Part shown: positions 1 through 7,547 of the stretch, one piece after another
Numbering within the stretch: position 1 is the stretch's first letter
Layout of the letters: every line of letters begins with the position of its first letter
Source of the DNA: Escherichia phage vB_EcoM_VR7
Sequence record: NC_014792.1
Reading direction: 5' to 3' (one strand)
Length of the DNA: 64,000 nucleotides
Program-made: the position numbers and the translations under genes
Notes under the pieces: model-generated
What the model saw: the letters and a program-made list of their open reading frames with translations, nothing else
Told to the model about the DNA's origin: nothing
Databases searched by the model: none

Positions 1-189
1 AGCCGGAGCGATTATCATAAAGAAACCCATCTCAATGGGCATCACTCCCTCGATTGCAGCCATAACCGTGGTCATTACCAGACCAACCAAGCCGCCAAGC
101 ATGGCGGTGACAATCCCTAATAATAAATTGGCACCAATATCATATTCAGCCAATTGATAAACATGTGATGCAAGACTAGGCCGTTCCAT
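1..189 (-). CDS. Hypothetical small hydrophobic (membrane) protein, partial (C-terminus beyond window edge)
   Basis: ATG at 189 on minus strand; translation MERPSLASHVYQLAEYDIGANLLLGIVTAMLGGLVGLVMTTVMAAIEG... is strongly hydrophobic; overlaps the stop of the upstream ORF; not in the ORF track because it is truncated. Confidence 0.35.
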   Translation of the reverse strand, partial: MERPSLASHVYQLAEYDIGANLLLGIVTAMLGGLVGLVMTTVMAAIEGVMPIEMGFFMIIAPA

Positions 190-466
190 TACGAATCTCC
201 TTAATAAATTCTTTGGCACATTTAATTTTGTGCTCTTCTTGCAGGGAAACACATTTTTGTTCCCACTCTTTAACTCGCCCACGATATCCTTTATTCATAT
301 GATTTTGATGCCACACATTTATCAATATCATACTCAGGACTGTAATAAAAGGAGCTGCGATTATTAGCGCCCAGGCAACTCCAACACTAATGATATCCAT
401 ATCTCCACAAACAACCATCATTATAACTCCAACGATGCACATGGACAGAGCTCCAAACGCAGGCAT
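176..466 (-). CDS. Hypothetical small membrane protein (start uncertain; alternative ATG at 442 has a GGAG RBS)
   Basis: ORF track 176..550; hydrophobic core CIVGVIMMVVCGDMDIISVGVAWALIIAAPFITVLSMILI; the N-terminal extension overlaps the preceding ORF so an internal start was chosen. Confidence 0.4.
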   Translation of the reverse strand: MPAFGALSMCIVGVIMMVVCGDMDIISVGVAWALIIAAPFITVLSMILINVWHQNHMNKGYRGRVKEWEQKCVSLQEEHKIKCAKEFIKEIRNGTA

Positions 467-476
467 AAGGTCTTTA

Positions 477-683
477 TCAATCTTGTCTGCATATACAAAT
501 TTTACCTGCCAGAGTTGCCAGTTTAGCAGCTTCGCCACGAGTGATACCAAATACTGCCGGGTTAAATGAAATACCTTCAGCTGTCAGACGTTTGAAGAAC
601 ATACGCGCTGCTGATTGCGCTTCAGCTTCAGAAGAGTTGTTTAATGCCAGTTTAACATACTTAACCAGTTTTGAAGTTTTCAT
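477..683 (-). CDS. Hypothetical small early protein (68 aa)
   Basis: ORF track; preceded on the minus strand by an early-promoter cassette (-35 GTGTAC, -10 CATAAT) at 726-755. Confidence 0.5.
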   Translation of the reverse strand: MKTSKLVKYVKLALNNSSEAEAQSAARMFFKRLTAEGISFNPAVFGITRGEAAKLATLAGKICICRQD

Positions 684-725
684 TTTATTATCCCGTTTGT
701 TTATTTGGTAACTCAGTATGGAATC

Positions 726-755
726 ATTATGCCTTAGTTAAATTCCAAAGTACAC
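726..755 (-). promoter_or_regulatory. T4 early-type promoter (-35 GTGTAC, 18-nt spacer, -10 CATAAT) inside a repeated cassette
   Basis: Minus strand reads GTGTAC-N18-CATAAT; cassette ggtaactcagtatggaatcattatg recurs at 1591-1620 and 39411-39440. Confidence 0.5.
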
Positions 756-756
756 A

Positions 757-1053
757 TTAATTTTCAGAAGTTGGGAAATAAACTTCAAAGTCATACATGT
801 TTACTACTGCAGATGCAATTGCTTGATACTGCATACCCAAGAAAGTTTTCTTGTTCTTGCGCCATAAGTTAACCATTTCTGTTTTGATGCATGCCAGAGA
901 ATAGTTGGATGCAGGATACTGTTTGATGATTGCAACAACTTCTTCAGAAGCAGTTTCGCACAATTCATTCAGTTGAGCTTCAATTTTAGCAGAAATGATT
1001 GCTTTGTTTTCTTCTTGAGCTTGGGTAGCGTGCCATGCAGGTGCGTTAAACAT
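757..1053 (-). CDS. Hypothetical small early protein (98 aa)
   Basis: ORF track; own upstream promoter cassette at 1095-1124. Confidence 0.5.
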   Translation of the reverse strand: MFNAPAWHATQAQEENKAIISAKIEAQLNELCETASEEVVAIIKQYPASNYSLACIKTEMVNLWRKNKKTFLGMQYQAIASAVVNMYDFEVYFPTSEN

Positions 1054-1094
1054 TTTATTCTCCAGTGTTTTATTTGGTAACTCAGTATGGGATA

Positions 1095-1124
1095 ATTATA
1101 CACTATCCCACCTGGAAGTAAAAC
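1095..1124 (-). promoter_or_regulatory. T4 early-type promoter (-35 GTTTTAC, -10 TATAAT) with the -10 in the loop of inverted repeat GGGATA/TATCCC
   Basis: Minus strand GTTTTAC-N17-TATAAT; inverted repeat gggata(1089-1094)/tatccc(1104-1109). Confidence 0.5.
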
Positions 1125-1135
1125 ACTTTTCTCAA

Positions 1136-1561
1136 TTATTTTTGAGCTTTGCGGAAGTTAGAAGCATAAGACTGAACAACAGTCTTTTTGATATCATGGG
1201 TAGTAACCAGGACATCAATCAGAGCGCGGCGAGCTGCATTATCATTCATATCAATTTCTGCAAATGCCTGGAAGCAAATGTCACGGGCGTTACCAGATTT
1301 GGACTGGATTTTTTCTTCTTTAACTTCTTCAATTGGGAATTCAATCATTTCAGCTTGGATTAATTCAATGATGGATTCTTTTGACTGTTTGGTGTTTACC
1401 TTCAGTTCAGAATTAAGGGACTTAGCGATGGCAACAATCTGGGTTGAAGTCAGATGGATAAGTGCATCTTCACGAATGCAGATTTCACATACTTCGTCAG
1501 CAACCATTTTGTTAGTGATGCGGGTAACAGAAAATGCAGAGGTCAGGGTCAGAAAGTTCAT
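1136..1561 (-). CDS. Hypothetical early protein (142 aa)
   Basis: ORF track 1136..1642 trimmed to the ATG at 1561 (GGAG RBS); the longer N-terminus would run through the promoter cassette at 1613-1642. Confidence 0.5.
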   Translation of the reverse strand: MNFLTLTSAFSVTRITNKMVADEVCEICIREDALIHLTSTQIVAIAKSLNSELKVNTKQSKESIIELIQAEMIEFPIEEVKEEKIQSKSGNARDICFQAFAEIDMNDNAARRALIDVLVTTHDIKKTVVQSYASNFRKAQK

Positions 1562-1612
1562 TTTATTTCTCCAAAGTTTTGTTTGATTCAGTGTGTAACT
1601 CAGTATGGAATC

Positions 1613-1642
1613 ATTATGCACCCGGTCAATCCGGATGTACAC
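1613..1642 (-). promoter_or_regulatory. T4 early-type promoter (-35 GTGTAC, -10 CATAAT)
   Basis: Minus strand GTGTAC-N18-CATAAT; same cassette family as 726-755. Confidence 0.5.
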
Positions 1643-1679
1643 TACTTTTTGAAGAAAATTTCAAATTTATTCGGGGTAT

Positions 1680-1708
1680 AAAAAAGCCCCAACCTTTCGG
1701 AAGGGGCT
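1680..1708 (-). terminator. Rho-independent terminator (minus strand)
   Basis: Minus strand AGCCCC-loop-GGGGCT followed by TTTTT. Confidence 0.6.
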
Positions 1709-1710
1709 AA

Positions 1711-1990
1711 GCCTTGCGGCAACCTTGTCGGGGTTCCACCTGCTAGGCAAGTGTTTGTACGAAACGCCGGGATTCGAACCAGGTTATTAAGTAGTTGACG
1801 CTACTAAATATTTTTAAAAGGCCATATCTCGACCATATCCGAACGTTCCGTCAAAAACGCTACTCGGCTTACGGCAAAGATATTTCCTCGAATCGTTAAT
1901 TAGGTGCGCCGTTTCAGCTGTGATATAAGGGGTCATTAACAAAACATAAAGATTTATTAATGCCGGTCCTTAAACAGGGAACATCAGTCC
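1711..1990 (-). ncRNA. Candidate small stable RNA region downstream of the tRNAs (possible counterpart of T4 species 1/2 RNAs)
   Basis: About 280 nt with no ORF between a protein gene and a terminator, in a tRNA operon; minus strand has a T-loop-like GGTTCGAATCC motif and a possible 7-bp acceptor-like pairing (CGGAACG/CGTTTCG), but no canonical cloverleaf could be folded by eye. Confidence 0.3.
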
Positions 1991-1996
1991 GACGAC

Positions 1997-2551
1997 TTAC
2001 CGGTAGCGACCCGGTTTCTTGTTTGGTATTTCAAATTGCGTAGATTTAGTATCTAATTTTTTAACTATGGAACTTATGTCATGAAAGAAAAACCATTCAC
2101 CATTTATATGGTCCTGATTATAAATGGTGTGCATATATTTTTCAAGTTCTACTGCATCCTGGGAATATCTAAATGATACTATTTTAAAACTTTTAAAAGG
2201 TGAAAATGTATTTGCTGCTATAGCTCTAACATCGGGTTCTATACTTCTTCCTATTTTATAATAATTAGGATTTGTAGTGTCTACCATTATGTATACAAAA
2301 GCTTGTCGATAACTTTTTTCTATATCGAATTCATCTTTAAATTTCAATAGATTTAGAGCAGCCGTTCTACAAAATATTCCCCATATCGACGAGCGTTTAG
2401 CTTCGGTCATCGAAAAGAATTTTTTCTTATCTATGATTTTAAGAAAAGCCACCTTTTCAATTAGTTCTTGTGTTATTTCAAAATTACCATGGTATATTAA
2501 TCCAGCTTTTATAGCCAAATTAATTTGGTCCCAGTCTACATCACTTCTCAT
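1997..2551 (-). CDS. T5orf172 / GIY-YIG-superfamily domain protein (184 aa) in the tRNA island; possible homing-endonuclease-like nuclease
   Basis: C-terminal half carries FVYIMV...NYYKIGRS...R...E...NGEWFFF, resembling the GIY-YIG/T5orf172 signature; occupies the position where T4 has segB in its tRNA cluster. Confidence 0.5.
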   Translation of the reverse strand: MRSDVDWDQINLAIKAGLIYHGNFEITQELIEKVAFLKIIDKKKFFSMTEAKRSSIWGIFCRTAALNLLKFKDEFDIEKSYRQAFVYIMVDTTNPNYYKIGRSIEPDVRAIAANTFSPFKSFKIVSFRYSQDAVELEKYMHTIYNQDHINGEWFFFHDISSIVKKLDTKSTQFEIPNKKPGRYR

Positions 2552-2570
2552 AATATTATTCTCATTAATT

Positions 2571-2647
2571 TGGTCGGGGTGAAAGGATTCTAACCTTTAA
2601 CCTGCGGTTTAGAGGACCGCTACTCTATACAATTGAGTTACACCCCG
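2571..2647 (-). tRNA. tRNA-Arg (anticodon UCU)
   Basis: Minus strand folds as a cloverleaf: acceptor CGGGGTG/CACCCCG, D-stem ACTC/GAGT, anticodon stem GCGGT/ACCGC with loop CCTCTAA (TCT), T-stem AAAGG/CCTTT, encoded 3' CCA. Confidence 0.8.
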
Positions 2648-2651
2648 TGTT

Positions 2652-2726
2652 TGGTGGCCCTTGCTGGTTTCGATCCAGCTACCTATCAGTTATGAGCTGA
2701 CAGCTCTCCCATTGAGCTAAAGGGCC
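2652..2726 (-). tRNA. tRNA with CAU anticodon (Met, or Ile if lysidine-modified)
   Basis: Minus strand cloverleaf: acceptor GGCCCTT/AAGGGCC, D-stem GCTC/GAGC, anticodon stem GTCAG/CTGAT with loop CTCATAA, T-stem GCTGG/CCAGC, encoded CCA. Confidence 0.85.
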
Positions 2727-2733
2727 TTAATTA

Positions 2734-3153
2734 TTAACTTGACCATCCCCAACCTTCGGAAGGACCATCGTAGTGTACACAAATATCAGGTGAAATATTA
2801 AAATTGGCTTCGTCCGAAGAAAAAACACCCAACTTTTTACCAAACTCACTGAAGCAGAATTGTTCGCCGCCCGGAGCCCAAACATCTTCAAATAAAACAG
2901 TGAATAGCCAGCCAGCAATTAAATCTGCATCAAATTCTGTTACACCTGAACACATTTCATATAACTCGTCATCACAGACTGTAGCCACGATATGGGCCAA
3001 ATGACTTTCAGATTTTAACCAGATGCGAATTAAATTACCATCAAAACAATTGTAGTTAATTTCGGATGGCTGGCAGTTATAAAATACTTCTGTAGCGATT
3101 TCTGGATTTTCCCAAGTTTCGTCGTTAAAATTGATAAGAATAGGAGTAATCAT
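2734..3153 (-). CDS. Hypothetical acidic protein (139 aa)
   Basis: ORF track; GAGGA RBS; D/E-rich with few K/R. Confidence 0.5.
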   Translation of the reverse strand: MITPILINFNDETWENPEIATEVFYNCQPSEINYNCFDGNLIRIWLKSESHLAHIVATVCDDELYEMCSGVTEFDADLIAGWLFTVLFEDVWAPGGEQFCFSEFGKKLGVFSSDEANFNISPDICVHYDGPSEGWGWSS

Positions 3154-3265
3154 ATTTTCCTCATTAGTTGATTATTCTATTATGAAAGGCTCTTTGAGGG
3201 AAGAACCTTTGGTAATAGAGGGTACTTATTAATAATAACACACAACTCTTAAAGCATATTACTTG

Positions 3266-3649
3266 TTAACCTTCATCAACAATAGTGTGGGTGTTGGCAT
3301 TAACAATCTGCCACCAGTCAAAACGGGTTAGAACCATAACATGGTTGTTTTCATTTTCTTTAATAATATCACGCAGTTCATCTTCAGTCGCAGCTTTTGC
3401 AATTAAATCTGCATAACCGCCCCGGGGATAATAGCTATCGCCAGCAAAGAGTAAAAAGTTTGTTTTGATATTCTTGAATTCTTCAAGAGTAATAACCGTT
3501 CCAGATGGTTGTTGAACAATATCTACGTAACTATATCCTAATTTCTGGGCATTATCTACCGCTTCAAGCAGGGTGTCATGTGCCCACCCAATTTGACATT
3601 CTGGTTTGTCAGATGGGTTTGCCTGATAATCCGCATACACTTTATACAT
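3266..3649 (-). CDS. Hypothetical protein (128 aa)
   Basis: ORF track 3266..3697 trimmed to the ATG at 3649 with RBS; start abuts the stop of the upstream small ORF. Confidence 0.45.
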   Translation of the reverse strand: MYKVYADYQANPSDKPECQIGWAHDTLLEAVDNAQKLGYSYVDIVQQPSGTVITLEEFKNIKTNFLLFAGDSYYPRGGYADLIAKAATEDELRDIIKENENNHVMVLTRFDWWQIVNANTHTIVDEG

Positions 3650-3650
3650 T

Positions 3651-3836
3651 TTACTCACCTTTAGACATTTTATCCATAACGAAAGAGATTGAACCAATTA
3701 AGAATGCAACTACTAAAGAGATTATATTCTCAGAAGTTGAAAGCATATTCAACATAAAGCCAGCAAACATGCTAAAACCAAAAGCGGTAACAGCAACAAG
3801 GGCAGTAACATTTCTAATTAATTCGCAACGTTTCAT
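3651..3836 (-). CDS. Hypothetical small membrane protein (61 aa)
   Basis: ORF track; hydrophobic segments; own promoter cassette upstream. Confidence 0.4.
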   Translation of the reverse strand: MKRCELIRNVTALVAVTAFGFSMFAGFMLNMLSTSENIISLVVAFLIGSISFVMDKMSKGE

Positions 3837-3864
3837 TTTATTCTCCTCATTAGTTGATGGGATA

Positions 3865-3895
3865 ATTATACACTATCCCATATCTAAAAGTACAC
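3865..3895 (-). promoter_or_regulatory. T4 early-type promoter with the GGGATA/TATCCC stem-loop
   Basis: Minus strand GTGTAC-N19-TATAAT; same cassette as at 1095-1124. Confidence 0.45.
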
Positions 3896-4129
3896 TTATT
3901 TTTTACGGAAAATTGATTTATACTGTTTAGCCCATTTCTCGATAACTTCTGCTGGACCCTGGATAACAAAATAGTCCCCAAACTCTTCACCGCCGAGCTG
4001 ACCGTAATTATCTAAGGCGTCGCGGAGAGTTCCATAAGGCATTTCGCCCATTTTATCTTTCTTGCCGGTGTAAATGAATTGCACTTTAACATCAGCAGTT
4101 TCATTAATAAATTCTTGATAAGTTTTCAT
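3896..4129 (-). CDS. Internal-protein-like protein with capsid-targeting N-terminus MKTYQEFINE (77 aa)
   Basis: N-terminus MKTYQEFINE matches the T4 internal-protein targeting sequence MKTYQEFIAE (gp21 cleavage after I/L-x-E); body is unique. Confidence 0.7.
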   Translation of the reverse strand: MKTYQEFINETADVKVQFIYTGKKDKMGEMPYGTLRDALDNYGQLGGEEFGDYFVIQGPAEVIEKWAKQYKSIFRKK

Positions 4130-4185
4130 GTTGTCTCCAGTAGTTGATGGGATAATTATACTGCAGTTATCCCATCACGTACACT
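4103..4185. repeat. Direct repeat copy A (~80 bp: promoter/stem-loop, RBS and first codons of an internal-protein gene)
   Basis: Near-identical to 4436..4518 by eye. Confidence 0.8.
4155..4184 (-). promoter_or_regulatory. T4 early-type promoter within the GGGATAA/TTATCCC stem-loop cassette
   Basis: Minus strand GTGTAC-N18-TATAAT; inverted repeat gggataa(4149-4155)/ttatccc(4167-4173). Confidence 0.5.
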
Positions 4186-4462
4186 AAATTTTTGTATATT
4201 GTCCAGCTTTAACTTTTTTCAGTTCACGAGGGCTTACCGCGTAAGTGAATGGAGCATTCCAGGAAGAACTGACTTTGTAACCTTTAGTCAACATCATTGC
4301 TGAAACTTTCTTGTTATCAGGACCGTTTTCGCCTTTAACAAGAAACAACTCAAATGCGCCACCATCAACCGGTTTGGCCTTAACCATCAGATGTCCTTTC
4401 AGGTCTTCCAGCATATCCGGGTGACTAATTGATTCGTTAATAAATTCTTGATAAGTTTTCAT
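4184..4462 (-). CDS. Internal-protein-like protein with capsid-targeting N-terminus MKTYQEFINE (92 aa)
   Basis: Same N-terminal decapeptide; unrelated body. Confidence 0.7.
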   Translation of the reverse strand: MKTYQEFINESISHPDMLEDLKGHLMVKAKPVDGGAFELFLVKGENGPDNKKVSAMMLTKGYKVSSSWNAPFTYAVSPRELKKVKAGQYTKI

Positions 4463-4518
4463 GTTGTCTCCAGTAGTTGATGGGATAATTATACTGCAGT
4501 TATCCCATCGTGTACATT
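4436..4518. repeat. Direct repeat copy B (~80 bp promoter/stem-loop/RBS/first-codons cassette)
   Basis: Near-identical to 4103..4185. Confidence 0.8.
4488..4517 (-). promoter_or_regulatory. T4 early-type promoter within the stem-loop cassette
   Basis: Minus strand -10 TATAAT with -35-like ATGTAC 18 nt upstream. Confidence 0.45.
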
Positions 4519-4816
4519 ACATTTTTGAACCGCGAATCACGCCATAAGCTGCGAAGTCGTCAGTGATGTTCTTAGGGGTGTTTTTACCAGTTTCAATATA
4601 TGCGATGCTGGATTTCTGACCAAATGAGGTAATTTTATTATAGTTAGAGTCAAGGAAAGTATAACCATTTTTACGCAGCTGGTCAAAGTCTTCAGCGTCG
4701 CCTTTACCTTTGAAGTCAACCCATTTGTATGTGTTTTTCTTCTGAAGGCCCAGAGGCCAGGTTTTTGCTTCTGCCAGGTAATTATTTTCTACCAAAAATT
4801 CGTGGAGCGTTTGCAT
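4517..4816 (-). CDS. Internal-protein-like protein with N-terminus MQTLHEFLVE (99 aa)
   Basis: Divergent version of the targeting motif ending in L-x-E; unique body. Confidence 0.6.
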   Translation of the reverse strand: MQTLHEFLVENNYLAEAKTWPLGLQKKNTYKWVDFKGKGDAEDFDQLRKNGYTFLDSNYNKITSFGQKSSIAYIETGKNTPKNITDDFAAYGVIRGSKM

Positions 4817-4824
4817 TTGAAATC

Positions 4825-5097
4825 CTATTTTAGATAAATTGCATATTTTTTATAACCAGCTGTCTCATGGCGGAGACCCTTGTCATTGGCAAAACGCTCA
4901 ATGTTATTAATTTGGTTCTGGTCAAGTTCAGAGATGTCAAACGCGAAAAAGTTGCGTTTGTTACCAATTGTTATATGGTCAGTCAAGTCAATGCTATACA
5001 AGTGATTGATATTGTCAATCATAGCTTTGACTGCTTTACTAATTTTTACTTCTTCATTCAGTTGGGACTCGTTGAAAAGTTCATTAAAAGTTTTCAT
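4825..5097 (-). CDS. Internal-protein-like protein with N-terminus MKTFNELFNE (90 aa)
   Basis: Targeting-like N-terminus; 8-bp spacing to the next gene suggests operon expression. Confidence 0.6.
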   Translation of the reverse strand: MKTFNELFNESQLNEEVKISKAVKAMIDNINHLYSIDLTDHITIGNKRNFFAFDISELDQNQINNIERFANDKGLRHETAGYKKYAIYLK

Positions 5098-5105
5098 AAG
5101 AAACC

Positions 5106-5438
5106 TTATTTATACAGTTTAGCCAGTTCTTTACGTCCGCGAGCAGACATAATGAATTGTTCATCACCAATTTTGAAATAAGCCATACCACCGTCAACAG
5201 CGATGCCAATTTCTTTAGTACCTTCTTTGCCTTTCCACTTGCCACCAGATTTTAGGACAGCTTCAACCGCAGCTTTGGAATATTTGGACGTTTGAAAACG
5301 TTCATTACCAATCTGAAAGAAAACACCATCTGCATTTTTGGATAAACCAAATTTCAGAGAGCCTTCACTATCATCAATTGATTTGGTCTCATTGATGGCG
5401 GATTCGGCTAAAAACTCGTTATAAGTCTTGATGTTCAT
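5106..5438 (-). CDS. Internal-protein-like protein with N-terminus MNIKTYNEFLAE (110 aa)
   Basis: ORF track 5106..5471 trimmed to the ATG at 5438 (GGAG RBS); the extension would overlap the promoter; body has two internal repeats (FFQIGNERF / YFKIGDEQF). Confidence 0.6.
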   Translation of the reverse strand: MNIKTYNEFLAESAINETKSIDDSEGSLKFGLSKNADGVFFQIGNERFQTSKYSKAAVEAVLKSGGKWKGKEGTKEIGIAVDGGMAYFKIGDEQFIMSARGRKELAKLYK

Positions 5439-5469
5439 TTTAACTCCGTTTGTTCGTTGGTGTAGGAAC

Positions 5470-5498
5470 ATAATACTGCACCTACACTCATTTGTACA

Positions 5499-5499
<1 letters not shown>
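5470..5499 (-). promoter_or_regulatory. T4 early-type promoter (-35 GTGTAC, -10 TATTAT) within hairpin GTAGG/CCTAC
   Basis: Minus strand GTGTAC-N18-TATTAT; inverted repeat 5462-5466/5481-5485. Confidence 0.45.
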
Positions 5500-6189
<690 letters not shown>

Positions 6190-6190
<1 letters not shown>

Positions 6191-6867
6191 TATATTACCT
6201 TATTAATTTTATCAAAAAGTTCTTCGAGTGTGCCATCGTTTTTAATAACAATGTCACTAGCTAGTGGTGGAAGTCCAGCTTCCGTAATGTGTGTATCAGT
6301 AGAATGATTTGCTTCATCGCGTTCTACAAAGATTATTGTAGCACCCATCGCCCGAAGCGAATCAAGTTCGTTCTTTTGGCGAACATCTGGGACAACGTAA
6401 TATTTATATCCAGAATAGAGGTTGTCAAGATAATCGCATGCAAAAGTTTTAATCCAAAACATGCTGTCGAACTCTGTACAAACGATATCAGTTCCAAGGG
6501 TCTGCATGAAACGTCTAACTGTCCAGGGCTCAACATTATTTAGTGTGTGAAATTCAATGATTTTACGAACCATATCTGGATTCGGAAGGTCAAGATTATA
6601 TTGTTGTTTCAACCATTCAAGAGCGTCAACCAGAAGAATATGAGCTTCAGTGTTGTTCATTATCAAGGTTTTTTCACGGTCATAACCTTGTCCATCAAAA
6701 TTTTCCAGGGTCAAATTGTGTGGCAGGTCTTGACGAACCCACGCTTTATAAAGCGCTTCTTTAATTGGACCAGCAAGTTGCCACTTTGTTCCGTTTTGAC
6801 TAATAACATAATCAGCGGTCGTATCTTTACCACTGCGTTTTTTACCCACAATCGCAATTAATTTCAT
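6190..6867 (-). CDS. 1: Deoxynucleoside monophosphate kinase (gene 1)
   Basis: P-loop GKKRSGKDT near the N-terminus; 225 aa; synteny with T4 gene 1. Confidence 0.85.
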
Positions 6868-7463
6868 ACGTTTCTCATAGATGGATGCATTGACTTAGAC
6901 CTGATTTCCTGTTGCATTGCTGCATTACTATCAATCTGTGGTCTACCTTCTATTATTATACCATCAATTTCTACAGCAAAAGACTTAAAGTTAAAAGTTG
7001 CTGTTGCATTGATAGCAGGGTCAGAATCTTCTTTATATGAATACTGAATCTCTGACAGGTCGGACGGCCATGCTCCATAGTAATGGATTGACATGACAAT
7101 TTTGTCCTTGTTGTTATCTAAGATATGAAGCGTGACCGCTTCGGGACGACCCTTTGGATGCCATGCTTTTGATTCGTGTGTGATGTAGTTATTAAGCGAG
7201 AGCATCCATTTATAGATATCAAGCCATGCCCTTAGGTCTTTGTCACACAGAAAGTTAACAATCAGCGGGTCGAATTCTATTGTACTACCAGGAAGACTGG
7301 AGCGATTTATACCTTGCGTTCCGCCGGGGACATCCGTCACAGGAATGTGAACCCCTGGGAGGGTAACGTCTTGAACGTTGAGTTTAAAAGTCTGTGTGAG
7401 GTTTGAATCGCTTACCTCTAATATAAAGTTAGTCGTGTTAGTTTGATTATATAAACCTGACAT
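6864..7463 (-). CDS. 3: gp3 tail completion / tail tube terminator protein
   Basis: Size and position between gene 1 and gene 2 as in T4. Confidence 0.75.
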   Translation of the reverse strand: MSGLYNQTNTTNFILEVSDSNLTQTFKLNVQDVTLPGVHIPVTDVPGGTQGINRSSLPGSTIEFDPLIVNFLCDKDLRAWLDIYKWMLSLNNYITHESKAWHPKGRPEAVTLHILDNNKDKIVMSIHYYGAWPSDLSEIQYSYKEDSDPAINATATFNFKSFAVEIDGIIIEGRPQIDSNAAMQQEIRSKSMHPSMRNV

Positions 7464-7475
7464 AGTGCACCTTGT

Positions 7476-7501
7476 TTGCTTAAACCAATCAGTGTTATAA
7501 T
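7476..7501 (+). promoter_or_regulatory. T4 middle-type promoter (MotA box TTGCTTA + 13 nt + TATAAT) on the plus strand, antisense to the HNH gene
   Basis: ttgctta 7476-7482, 13-nt spacer, tataat 7496-7501; inverted copy of the ggtctagaaccattata element at 43173 and 50473. Confidence 0.4.
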
Positions 7502-7547
7502 GGTTCTAGACCTTTTGTCCTTACCAATAACACTGACCGATAATAGA

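Noticed and set aside
1136-1642. Longer N-terminal extensions offered by the ORF track (1136-1642, 5106-5471, 33135-33677, 47898-49436, 50022-50486, 53413-53973, 50900-51562).
   Set aside because: The extensions run through recognisable promoter or hairpin elements or lack an RBS, while an internal ATG with an RBS gives lengths matching the T4 homologs.
1711-1990. Canonical tRNA gene(s) in the non-coding segment downstream of tRNA-Arg.
   Set aside because: Only a T-loop-like motif and partial acceptor pairing could be found; no complete cloverleaf, so it is reported as a candidate stable RNA only.
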